A stretch of DNA of 64,000 nucleotides, taken from the NCBI RefSeq assembly GCF_006345805.1, contig NC_043013.1:33046001-33110000 (forward strand), read 5' to 3'. The notes under the pieces are model-generated. The model was given only the letters and a program-made list of their open reading frames with translations. It did no database searches and was not told the origin of the DNA. Made by a program: the position numbers and the translations under genes. Positions 14,180 to 26,614 of the stretch are shown here, piece after piece; the stretch's first letter is position 1; each line of letters opens with the position of its first letter. Source of the DNA: Octopus sinensis. Taxonomy: Eukaryota.

Positions 14180-15033
14180 AACGAAAAAAAATATATATTG
14201 AGCACGTTTCCTCAACGTGTCTCGTATACTAAGATAGGATGATATTTTCGGACGGAACTATATTAATTAAATAAATTGTTTCCATGTAGTGGTATTAAAT
14301 AGCGAAATCCACTGAATTTTTACAGCTTTCTTTTGCAGTTATTGTTACGCCGTTGTTTAAAGGAAAACGTTTTGAGGTCTCGTGAGCCATTACATTCGTT
14401 CTTGTATTTCCTCCGACTCTTACGTTCTAACTCAACTTTGCTTATTATCCCACCCCACCGACGTGGAGGAAATAAAACTCTAGTCAAATACTGAACACGA
14501 TATATTGAATTTACTCCTCTCCCCTCAAAACTGTTGGCCTTGTATCTAAATTAGAATCTATCAATATGTTTCTTTGTCTTTTATTACCATTTTGTGTTCT
14601 ATTCGTTATCGATTCATTTTTGGATGATTCCACTAGCATATCGGTTGCCCTGTGCGTAGAAGTCGCAAACCATTCATTCAGTCTTTCTTCAATTCTGTAT
14701 AAAGAGGCGCTGTAAAAGATCGATGACGTCCCATTTTCCGATTATGGATTAAAAAAAATATGCCAAAATATATTTTAAAATTGAGACGTTATTTGGTATG
14801 ATATAAATAAAGTGAGGCTTAATGGTAATTTAAATATACACGAGAATATTTTATTTTATATACAACCAATGTCAAAACATTTTAATGAATTTTTAATATT
14901 TTGACTTTTCGATTAATTAAAACTATCGATGTTCAGATTCCAGCTAAATTTTAACTATTGTATTAACTAATTTTAACAGTATTAATTATGCAAAAAAGAC
15001 AAAAACAAAGATAAAAAGATTAAAGATTATTTT

Positions 15034-15263
15034 GAGCCATAGGCTCATAAAGCTGGTTTCCTGAATTCTCTGGCGTATATATGTATCCTCTCCCCTGGAC
15101 AAGAAGCCAGTCTGTCGCAGGATTACTGATCATTGCTATGCTGAGTGAACTGGAGCACATGTGTTTTTCTCACGAACACAACGCGTCAACCTAACCAGGA
15201 ATCGAAATCAGAATCTTACAATCACGAAGCACCACTCCTTAACCACTAAGTCCCGTACCTCCA
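15034..15263 (-). mobile_element. tRNA-SINE, head H2 (CORE-like) + tail T2
   Basis: Minus strand: ttagtggttaagg...ttcgattcc, tgctccagttcactcagc, then cctgcgacagactggc...tccagggg (V-domain-like) and ggaaaccagctttatgagcc. Confidence 0.75.
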
Positions 15264-16822
15264 CAGTTGTGCAGTGGATTTTATCAACACAAATTATTGT
15301 AAATAGAATTGGTAAAATTCTACATTTGGAGTAAGAAATAAATGATAACAATTTTACTGTTTTCAATGTAGATTTCGTTTCCCAGCGATGGACTCAGTTA
15401 AATTTAACAATAAAGAAGAGAGATGCTGGATGAATGAGTAAAGTGATATGTAGTTGTTACTTCTTCATCTATATGATTAGCAAGTTGCTGGGAACACGAC
15501 AGTTCCAAGCAAAGAAACCCAAGTTACGTAGACAAATACATTTTAGTCAGAACATTAGGTTTCCAGAGAGAAGCGGCAAAGATACCAATAAAAGAAGGGA
15601 GTATGTTTGTTTTAGTGTACGCGGTTCATTTTACAGCACAACATTTTGAGAGTTGTTACTGAGGAGGTTGCCAAAATCAAGCATTTGTCGGCCATCAAGT
15701 ATTTAGCATGTAGTCGGCCAGTCAACTCACTGTCTTCTCTCTTCAGATCACATCTGTTCTTTATTTCTGTGCCACAAAACAATGCAATAACATTTTCTAG
15801 CCAACTCCAGCGATCTTTGTCACATTGTTCTTTTTCGTTTGCTTTCAAAATCTCATTAGCCATCCTAATGGCACATTTCAATCCTTATTCACAGACTTGA
15901 GCAAGTTGGTTTTTGAAATTTTATTTACTCTTTTGGAAATGGTTGTTCAGTATTTCAACGATCTCCTTCAGTTAGAATTATGCTTACATTTCAATGTATA
16001 TGTGTTTGTATGAAAATATGCAGGTATGTCGGTGTGTGCATATATGTTTGTAGGGTTGGATGTATGTATGTTTGGACGTACGACTATGTACGAAAGGACG
16101 TATACCAAGCTATAAATAATTTGTTAGTGCATTTTATGAGGTGTCTGTCGAAAAGCATTTAACACTCATGAGGTATACGTGTTTGTACAAACGATATTTC
16201 ATGTATGTGTGAGCTTATAAATATACCTATATGCGTTCATATACATACTACCATATATATGTATATATATGTGTGTGTGTGGTGTGTGTGTATGTGTGTG
16301 TGTGAGTGTGTGCCTGTATGCCTGTGTGTATGAGTGTGTGTATATATATATATACACACACACTCATATATATATATATGTTTACATTTTTGTTATATGT
16401 TCCTATATTTATGCATACAGATATGCATAGATGTATGAACATAAATGTGTATATATGTATATATATACACATATATATACTTATATATATGTGTATATAT
16501 ATACATATATATATGTATATATATGGATATATATATCCATACAAACACAAACATATATATATCTATATATACTTAACTATACTTTTATATATATAAATAC
16601 AATAAAATAAATTCATACATCTATATAAAATATATTCTGTAAATAGATGTCTATACTAAACCCACACATATATAAATCTACTTGTGTATGTATCTATTAG
16701 TGTACTTTATGTCTCAAAAGTCTATTAGAAATTTTATAGTAACATATTTATGACACATTAATTTCAACTAAAACCTTGAAATTGCTCGGACAAACCGATC
16801 CGCTCGAATATGTATATATGTG

Positions 16823-16854
<32 letters not shown>

Positions 16855-16988
16855 TGTATGTATGTATGTATGTATGTATGTATTTATGTATGTATGTATG
16901 TATGTATGTATGTATGTATATATGTATGTATGTATACATATACATATATAATATATGTACATATAAGTATGTGTATTTACACCTGCAA

Positions 16989-17019
<31 letters not shown>

Positions 17020-17795
17020 CATATATATATATGTATGGGTGTGTATGTGTGTGTGTACTTGTGTCTGTATACATATCTATCTGTATATTTTTATACGATG
17101 TTTAGGACGAGGTTGGAATGAAATGAGAGAATTTTTCTCGTCAAATACTCATCAGGCATTTGGCCATTGGGAAAAATACTACGACGATATCTCTGCTGCC
17201 TTTACAAAGACCAGCTGAATTTTTCTTCAAATGTGCTGGATCGGATCCAAATGCATGGAAAACTAATTCTCAGAGAGACTCCAACTGGCATCATTCCTTC
17301 ATCACCTGAAGTGACACATTTGAAGTCAACAAAGAAATATTTAAAACAAAAATTTGGGATACCAAACAACTGAGGAAAATATTGAAGTTCTCAGACTCAC
17401 GTTACTGTTGAAGGGCAAGATGATAATTTTGTTGTCTTTAATTGTAGAATTGTAGAGGTCTCGGCAAAAACATCTTATTTACAATATTTGAATAAGGTAG
17501 CACGGTTGAAACGTCGAAATACTTAACAAAATTGTTAAATATTGTTCTCATATGTATACAGAGTATTTTATACGGTCAATCTTGATGCCTTTTTTTCATC
17601 AATTTGAAAACAGGAGTTTGTGTGTATACAGACACATGCATATATATATAATCATTCTCCACCTCTGTCCCTCTCCATATATACGTATGTGTATGTATTA
17701 TGTATATATAAATATGTGTTATATATATGTATGTATATAGTTATATTTATATACTATACATATACATATATATAAAAACATATACATATGAATAA

Positions 17796-17847
<52 letters not shown>

Positions 17848-18033
17848 TATATATATACAAATCTCTGGGCGAGATATATACAGTAGCTGCACGGATATCC
17901 CTTTGCAAATACTGATAGGGCACAGAAAATGTGTCACTAGCCAGCTGGAAGAAATGTTTTCCTGGGGCTACAAGCTACAGCAACATCAACCCTTAAGGGC
18001 TAGCCACATTTAGGTGGCAAATACACTTCACGC

Positions 18034-18064
<31 letters not shown>

Positions 18065-18471
18065 TATATATTATATATATATATTAATATATATATATTA
18101 TATATATATATATATATATATTAAATATATATATACATCATATGGGACTGGAGGCTGATACTTAACAAATCATTTTCTGGTTTCCTCATTTTCATGATTG
18201 GGCAATTGAATTTACATGCAAATTTAATGCATACATACATAAGCTCATAATACGTACACACTTAATACATGCATACATATATACACACACATGTACATAC
18301 ATGCATATATCTATTCCATATGTGTGTGTATACATGTATTTGTGCATGCGTACATCTGTCAGTGTGTATTAACCTTTGATTCAGACTGTCACGCAAAATA
18401 CCAACATACAAATGTATTTGCGTCTATGTACGTGTCCCTATGACTTACATACGTTGTGCGGGTCCGCATTC

Positions 18472-18545
<74 letters not shown>

Positions 18546-18890
18546 TATATGTACATATATATATATTATATATACATATATATATATACATATACACATA
18601 CACACTTTATATATATATGCATATATATACATATATACACGCATATATATAATATGTATATATATATATAATATTATATATATATAATATATATATATAA
18701 TACATACATATATATGCATACACATATATCAAGATACACAGATACATACAAAACGCACACACACATATATGCATTATGTATGTATCTATGTATATATGTC
18801 CGTATGTATAGATAGATATACACATATATATAAGTACATATATTTGTATATATATGTATATATATACACATATATATATAAGTATATATA

Positions 18891-18923
<33 letters not shown>

Positions 18924-19590
18924 GTGTAGATATATATACATATTTATACATATATATATGTATATATACATACATATATATATATGTGTGTGTGTGTGTA
19001 TGTATGCATGCATGTATGTATGTATATATGTATGTATGTATGTATCTATGTATGTATGTATCTATGTATATATGTATGTATGTATGTATGTATTTATGTA
19101 TGTATGTATGTATGTATGTATGTATGTATGTATGTATGTATGTATGTATGTATGTATGTATCTATGTATGTATGTACAATGTAATTGGGCAGCAGAACTT
19201 CTATCAGACGACGTACTAAAAACAGACGATGGTTGTATTCGGTTAATTAGTTTGATATATAGTTCTTTTAGTAACGGACTGATGACTGTTTTACATTAGA
19301 TGGCAAATCAAAACATCAAACAACCAACATCATTTGTTAACTTTCTAACTAATATATAAGGTCATTAGAGTGTTAGAAACATTCTACATCACACTGATTA
19401 ACAGTAGCTACAGCCGTGTTTCAGACCTACAGCCGATCAATAGAGCCTTCTCTCTGTGGCTGTCTCTATTTCTGCCTGTGTATGTATGTATGTATGTATG
19501 CATGTATGTATGTATGTATGTATGTATGTATGTATGTATGTATGACTGTACATTTAAGCATTTCATATATGTATGTTTCATTCCGTCTGC

Positions 19591-19666
<76 letters not shown>

Positions 19667-19712
19667 AATCTATTTGTCTGTCTGTCTGTCTGTCTATCTA
19701 TCCATCCACCCC

Positions 19713-19804
<92 letters not shown>

Positions 19805-20015
19805 CCTAACTACCCCTTTCTTTAAGAATCTCTCTATCTCTCTCCCTCTTTCTTTATCTCTATATTTCTGATCGTCCGTCGTTCAATTTCTCTGCCTTTT
19901 TAACTTTCTAGATCCCGAAATGTGCATTATATGTATATATCCGTAGGTATATATGTAACATAGTATCAATATGCATGTGCCATATTTGCAGATCTATCTA
20001 TCTATCTATCTATCT

Positions 20016-20115
20016 NNNNNNNNNNNNNNNNNNNNNNNNNNNNNNNNNNNNNNNNNNNNNNNNNNNNNNNNNNNNNNNNNNNNNNNNNNNNNNNNNNNNN
20101 NNNNNNNNNNNNNNN
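20016..20115. other. Assembly gap (100 N)
   Basis: Run of N. Confidence 1.
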
Positions 20116-20291
20116 TCGAAATCGACGTAGAACCGTTTCCTTTTACTGCTGGATAAGTAGTAGTACTAAAAGACTTTGGGAGAATTGATAGATCTGAAGT
20201 TAGAAGTATTTTGATTTAAAGGTCCTGATTCTATCCCAGATTTCATTTAAGGGTACAAGGGTCTAAGGATTACTCACGCACCTACTCAAGT

Positions 20292-20769
20292 AGCGATAGC
20301 CTAGTTAATCGAATAACTGGAAAACTGATCGTCGAAATCGACTGAGGCCCGTTTTTTTTTACTGTTGGATAAATAAAGTAAAATATTTTTAGTTGGGAGA
20401 AATGATAGATCTGAAGTTAGAAGCATTTTGATTTTAGCTTGTTGGTGTTGGTGGTTGTGGTAGTGGTGGTTGTGGTTGTTGTAGTAGTGATAGATTCGTT
20501 TAGGCTGACGGTTTTGGTGATGGCAGCGATAGCCTAGTTAATCGAATAACTGGAAAACTGATCGTCGAAATCGACTGAGGTCCGTTTCTTTTTACTGTTG
20601 GATAAATAAACTAAAAGATTTTTAGTTGGGAGAAATGATAGATCTGAAGTTAGAAGCATTTTGATTTTAGCTTGTTGGTGTTGGTGGTTGTGGTAGTGGT
20701 GGTTGTGGGTTTTGGTTGTAGTAGTGATAGTGATAGATTCGTTTAGGCTGACGGTTTTGGTGATGGCAG
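20292..20769. repeat. 233-bp tandem duplication (plus diverged partial copy at 20116-20215)
   Basis: AGCGATAGCCTAGTTAATCG starts at 20292 and 20525; the copies differ by a few SNPs and indels. Confidence 0.95.
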
Positions 20770-21033
20770 TAGTAGTGATGGTATTGATAGAGTTGTTAAT
20801 AATGATGGTTTTTAGGTCGTTAGTGTTGATGGTTTTCACTTACCCTGCAATAACGAATGGAAAGCAGTAATACACGTAACATACAGCGTTATATCTTGAC
20901 AAGTAGCATCAAAAGGGAAGAAATCGCTAAATTCACGCAACAAACAACGTTTCATTTTTCTTTTCTGGCAATGGCATATTCTTAATAACATTCTTCTGTA
21001 AAGTACAGAGGACTCTCTATGATTAGATGTATG

Positions 21034-21368
21034 CAGTGGCGGACTGGGTCTAAAAATATTGGTGGCCAGGAGGCTAAGGTGGCCCACCGGCAACTACAAA
21101 GTGGCCCACCCGCAACTACAGAGGGGCCCACCCGCAACTACAATGCTATCATTTAATTAATTAATTAATTAATTTTTTTTTTTTGTTAAAAGTTTTCCTT
21201 TCAACTGTCTACAAACAAAAACAGGCTGAAATAATTAATGCATTTTTCCAGGAGTGAATAAAAAAAATTCTCAAACTTGATACTAACATGGGACCCATAT
21301 ATGGATTCTAATGGCGCAGGGGCCCACTTGACATCGGGCAAGCTGGCAACCTGGCCATTCCGCCGTTG
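21034..21368. mobile_element. hAT-type MITE
   Basis: TIRs CAGTGGCGGACTGG / CCATTCCGCCGTTG; exact 8-bp TSD GATGTATG at 21026-21033 and 21369-21376; three subterminal repeats of about 22 bp (GGCCCACC(C/G)GCAACTACA). Confidence 0.9.
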
Positions 21369-21420
21369 GATGTATGTATATACGTGTGTGTATGTGTGTG
21401 TGTGTTTGTGTATCCTCACG

Positions 21421-21860
21421 CCAGCATCCGTTGTCAATTGATGTGGGGGTGGGGAGGGACAAACTCAGACACACAAATACATACCTATAAATATTTCTCC
21501 ATGATTGATCGCTAGCCTCTAAACGTTTTTAATTTGGCTCTTTTTATTTTCTCTCTCTGCTTATTTCTGCGTACCTTTCTGTTGAAGAATGTAGGCTCGA
21601 AACGTAAAAGACTTTCTCACTTCCTGAGCGTTAAACTAATATATCTGTTTGTTGTTTACACACACGTCTTCGTCTTTTTTATATATAAATTCCAACGATA
21701 TATATACGACGGTCTTCTTCCAGTTTCCGTCTACCAAATCCACTCACAAGACTTTGGTCTGCCCGATGCTGTAGTAGAAGACACTTACCCAAGGTGCCAC
21801 TAAGTGGAATTGAACCCAGAACCATGTGGTTGGGAAGCAAGCTTCTTACCACACAGCCAT
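21421..21860 (-). mobile_element. SINE S2 interrupted in its internal microsatellite
   Basis: S2 pieces ccagcatccgttgtc...gggacaaac (21421-21480) and acgacggtcttcttccagtttccgtc...cttaccacacagcc (21705-21860) bracket a foreign insert. Confidence 0.85.
21490..21700 (+). mobile_element. PLE pLTR-like insert, HHR family B, copy 1
   Basis: Aligns by eye with 26615-26717 on the minus strand; contains CTTT-CTGTTGA-A-GAATGTAGGCTC-GAAAC-GTA-AAAG at 21575-21610. Confidence 0.65.
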
Positions 21861-21926
21861 TATTGCGCTTATGTTCATAAATCCATAAGAATTTACTGAC
21901 AAAACCAATAATTGTTGATGTAAAAT

Positions 21927-22181
21927 CAATGGTTCTCAGCAGGGGCCCATGTGGCCTTTGTCCACATAAAATTTTGTTGTTAAAATTTATGAGCACTATA
22001 TCACTTATTCTTCTACAAAACACAAATTATTTAAAACATATTTTAATACAAACTCCTAATAATGTTTTATCATAAGAATATAATAAGAGTTTTTATAGAT
22101 CGGATGATTATGAAGAGCCCACACCCTAGTGAAACAGGAACCAGAAGGGGCTCATAGGTAAAAAATGGTTGAGATCCACCG
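21927..22181. mobile_element. hAT/Charlie-like MITE
   Basis: Ends CAATGGTTCTCAGC and GGTTGAGATCCACCG resemble the CAGTGGTTCTCAA TIR; the TSD is only partly conserved (atgtaaaa / atttataa). Confidence 0.65.
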
Positions 22182-22193
22182 ATTTATAACTTA

Positions 22194-22380
22194 TCTATTA
22201 TATAAAATTCGTTCTGTCTGTCTGTCTGTCTGTGTGTCTTCTAGGATCTTCGGCATCCTCCATCCGATTGCGCTCAAATTTAATATGTAGATACCGACGG
22301 TATGAGGGTGTGTATAAGCCTTGAAAAAATTACAAAAATCGATTCCAGGTGAGAATGCGATCGACAAAGCCGTGGGAACG
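22194..22380 (+). mobile_element. Helitron-type 5' segment
   Basis: A|TCTATTATATAAAATTCGTT followed by (CTGT)n, a typical Helitron-N 5' end; no 3' hairpin-CTAG found. Confidence 0.55.
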
Positions 22381-22830
22381 TGCATTTGTACGCGCAAGCA
22401 CATCAGTACCGTCCATTGGGCGTGGGGCGTTTTTCTCGTAATTTATAATCAGAGTAGAGAAGATGCAAGTTTCCAAATAGTTGTCGATAGATATTTTCCT
22501 CGGTTTCTCAAATATAACATTATCAGAACATCCGGTGCTTATTCTACGCTGGAAGGTGGTCTGAAGTCTGGGGCCGAAATAAACACCGACTTGTTTATAG
22601 TAGGAGCTGGAACGATGTTCTAAAGAGCTGATTGTCCTGTAAATCATGGAAGGTCTTTGTGTTTTTCTTTAGCATGAAAATAACGAGAACATTCATCTCG
22701 CCTCCGTGTAATCGTTGATTTTAATCAGGTTCTTTAACGTCATCAAGATCAGGATCAACATTGATCACAGTCGTTATCAGTGTAATCTTCATCATGAGCC
22801 CCATCATGTTTATTCCTATTCATCAAGAGA

Positions 22831-23150
22831 AGGGCGCGCGCTTTAGTGATTAGGGCATTCGGCTCACGATCGTAAGATCATGAGTTCGATTCCCGGCGGC
22901 GCGTTGTGTCTTTGATCAAGGCACTTTATTCCACATTGCTTCAGTCCACTCAGCTGGCAAAAATGAGTAGTACCTGTATTTCAAAGGGCCCAGCCTCGTC
23001 ACACCCTGTGTCACTAAATCTCCCTGAGAACTACGTTAAGGGTACACGTATCTGCAGAGCGCTCAGCCACTTGTGCGTTTCTTTCACGTGCGGGTGGTTC
23101 TGTTGATCGGATCAACTGGAATTCTCGTCGTCGTAACCGACGGAGTGCTA
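22831..23150 (+). mobile_element. tRNA-SINE, head H2 (CORE-like) + tail T1
   Basis: gagttcgattccc B box; gtgtctttgatcaaggcactttattccacattgcttcagtccactcagctg; then gtacctgtatttcaaagggcc...accgacggagtgc. Confidence 0.9.
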
Positions 23151-23289
23151 GATATTTCTATTATTACCATCACCTTTAATAAGACCATCAATATCATCGT
23201 CATCATCATCGACATCATGAAAAGTATCATTTCAATCGTAGTCAACATCACATTCATATCTTTCGTCTTATTTGTCGTCATTGTTGTCG

Positions 23290-23640
23290 TCATGTCGTGA
23301 TCACCCACCACTTCCTCTTCCTCCCCCACCTCTTCCTCCTCCACCTCTTCCTCCTCCCCCTCTTTCTCCCCACCTCTTCCTCCTCCACCTCTTCCTCCCC
23401 TACCTCTTCCTCCCCACCACTTCCTCCTGCACCTCGTCCTCCTCCACCTCTTTCTCTCCATCTCTTCCTCCCCCACCTCTTCCTCCTCCTCCACCTCTTA
23501 CTTCTCTTCCTCCTCCACCTCTTCCTTCTCCTCTTCCTTCTCCTTTTCCTCCTCCCCCTCCTTCTCCTCTTCCTCCTCCTCAACGACATCATCATCATCA
23601 TCATCATCATCATCACCATCAACAACAGCAATGACTATCA
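23290..23640. repeat. Degenerate (CCTCTTCCTCCTCCA)-type homopyrimidine tract followed by (CAT)n
   Basis: Directly visible; source of the poly-Pro and poly-Glu pseudo-ORFs. Confidence 0.9.
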
Positions 23641-23914
23641 CCGCCGTCGCCACCACTACCACAATCCATCGCTATGACAATGAGCTTCCTCGTAATCGCT
23701 TGGCCTGCCGAGCCGTCAGATTTCGCGAGTGTCTTTATATTGTAGTCCAAGGCTCTCAGTGTTGTCAGAACAATAACATCGATGATGGTACAACAGACGT
23801 TTCACTATGCTTGAGATGAGATACTATTAATAAAAATTTTAAATTTTCCTCAATATTAAAATCTTGTCTACAATGTATATCCATTTCCATCTGCCATGCG
23901 GAAACTAACTCAGC

Positions 23915-24350
23915 TACTTGGCAGAAACGTTAGCACGCCGGGTGAAATGCTTAGCGGTATTTCGTCTGCCGCTACGTTCTGAGTTCAAATTCTGCCGAGG
24001 TCGACTTTGCCTTTCATCCTTTCGGGGTCGATTATATATGCACCAGTTACGCACTGGGGTCGATATATATTTCTTTATTGCCCACAAGGGGTTAAACATA
24101 GAGGGGACAAACAAACGGATTAAGTCGATTACATCGACCCCAGTGCGTAACTGGTACTCAATTTATCGACCCCGAAAGGATGAAAGGCAAAGTCGACCTC
24201 GGCGGAATTTGAACTCACGACGTAACGACAGACGAAATACGGCTACGCATTTCGCCCGACCTGCTAACGTTTCTGCCAGCTCGCCGCCTGGGGTCGATAT
24301 AATCGACTTAATCCCTTTGTCTGTCCTTGTTTGTCCCCTCTATGTTCTGA
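23915..24350. mobile_element. S3 (+) interrupted by an inverted S3 (-)
   Basis: The minus copy at 24068-24287 is flanked by the 14-bp TSD CTGGGGTCGATATA (24054-24067, 24288-24301); the host plus-strand copy resumes after it. Confidence 0.9.
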
Positions 24351-24504
24351 ACTAGCAATATTCACAGGCTGCTTTTTATAGCTATATGTGACGTGTTTCG
24401 AGAGCTATTATTCCCAAAACAGAATTATTTCAGGTTCTCTCCAAAGTTTATAAAGTGCTTATGACATCAGTAGCGTAGATTATATAATTTCAATTCAACT
24501 TTGT

Positions 24505-24865
24505 AGAGGCGCAATGTCCCAGTGGTTAGGGCAGCGGACTCGCGGTCATAGGATCGCAGTTTCGATTCCCATACCGGGCATTGAGTCTTTATTGAGCGAA
24601 AGCACGAATCTCCGGCAGGGGGTGGTGGTGGACTCTGCAGTACTCCTTCACCACAACATTCTCTCACTCTTTCTTCCTGTTTCTGTTGTAACTGTATTTC
24701 AAAGGGCCAGCCTTGTCACACTGTGTCACGCTGAATCTCCCAAGAATTACATTAAGGGTACACTTGTGTGTGGTGTGCTCTGCCACTTGCATGTTAATTT
24801 GACGAGCAGGCTGTTCCGTTGATCGGATCAACTGGAACCTCGTCGTCGCAACCGACGGAGTGCCA
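24505..24865 (+). mobile_element. tRNA-SINE, head H1 + tail T1
   Basis: Same organisation as 11370-11750, opposite orientation. Confidence 0.9.
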
Positions 24866-25012
24866 CTATCGTTTCTATAGCACTAGATATATGTTGAAGA
24901 TACATTTCCAACATCTTGAATATCATAGCTATACATAGCTATACACAACACTAACACACGCGCGTGCACACACGTAATACACAAACACACATATATACAT
25001 ACATATATTCTC

Positions 25013-25345
25013 ATTTGCACCTATCATCATAGGTGCAAATTAGGTTATGTACCAACGAATTTGCACAGAAACCTAGAAACAATTGGTTTCGCGGAAAAGG
25101 AGGAAAAGAGACAGATGCGGATTCTTCGAATCCAACCTATTAGTGGCACAGTGAAGATATGTAAGACATTCTAGAAATTCACTATATGAGATCCTCTTGT
25201 AAAAAGATGCATACACTTGGGTGTATGCATCGACATTTCAACCACGTATTTTCAAACACCGAGAACGCTCTTAACTCAAAACGTCTCGTTGTTTTGTTAG
25301 CAACCGGCTTGAACTCTCCCAAGAAGAACTTAAATTAAATTTAAA
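25013..25345 (+). mobile_element. 5'-truncated RLE-type LINE 3' end (family 3)
   Basis: Translation with one frameshift: PIIIGA/LGYVPTNLHRNLETIGFAEKEEKRQMRILRIQPISGTVKICKTF*KF, sharing the PIIxGALG motif with the R4 copies at 28577 and 30238; perfect 11-bp hairpin at 25206-25231 in the putative 3' UTR. Confidence 0.7.
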
Positions 25346-26398
25346 GAAAAAAAACCCATACATACGTACGTTCATACATGCAGACATACATATATGTGTG
25401 TGTGAATATATCGATTAGTAGATATATAGACATACATTAAATAGACTCGTACAATAGATATTGTGTGGTAAAGATGAAGAATACAGAGTGAATGATAAGG
25501 ACGGACAGACTAAGAAGCGTTGAGACTCTGGGAAAAAAATAGGTGATAGATCACGAAAAACGGTTCCTAACTCCACATGAATAAATATATCAGAAGATCG
25601 AAAAAAGTGTAAAAAAAAAAAACTCACAAAAAATAAAACAAGAAAACCTCACAAAACAGAGAACAATATATAAAATAAATAACAAACGTCACAAATATTG
25701 TCTGTAGAAAACACGAAACCAAGAATTGTTACATTTATCTATTGTATTTAGCAAATGGAGAGAATTGGTGAGAAAAATATTCTGGAAATTTAGAAATTAT
25801 AGAAGAAAATCAACGGATATTAGTTAGACACACGTGATATAGTCATACGTCTTCATTAATATATTGGACATTAGTAAAATGGTAGATGTGCGGTGTGTGT
25901 ATATGTCTACGTGAGTGCGTGTGTGTATATGTGTGTAAGTCTATGCTTGTATGTATGTGTGTGTGTGTGCGTGTGTGTGGGTGTGAATGTGTATGTGTGT
26001 GTTAGTGTTGGGGACGAATCTCGTGACGGGCCTTAAGTTGTGTCTATACGTTAGGTAATTTTTTTTCAGCGCCCAGTCACCTTGGACTTAATTGTTGCAC
26101 GTTTCTTTTGGCGACACCTTCCTTGCCTGTGTCTCTAATATACGTACATACCTACGCACTTATGAACGTGTGTATGCATATACGAATGTAGGTATATATA
26201 TATGTGTATGTATATCACCTGTATGAGGTGTTGCCAAGGGACGTGCGACAATTAAGCTGAAGAAAGTTTGTTATTCTGTGGGTTTATACACGCAAACACA
26301 CTAACACCCGCACGAGCAGACGCGCACACACATACACGTTTCATTAATATATAACACAGCAACGGCATTAAAAACAGAAATTCGTTATGCCTATGTGC

Positions 26399-26438
<40 letters not shown>

Positions 26439-26500
26439 AATACACGCACACAACCATGTATATATATATGTATATATATGTTTATAAACATATATATATG

Positions 26501-26596
<96 letters not shown>

Positions 26597-26614
26597 ACGA
26601 GAAAAAAAACAAAA

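Noticed and set aside
15612-15900. Overlapping ORFs on both strands in unique sequence
   Set aside because: No motif recognised; it may be a decayed transposon but I cannot support any call.
23084-23677. Poly-Glu, poly-Pro and poly-His ORFs
   Set aside because: All frames derive from a degenerate CCT/CTT tract and (CAT)n, with no exon boundaries.
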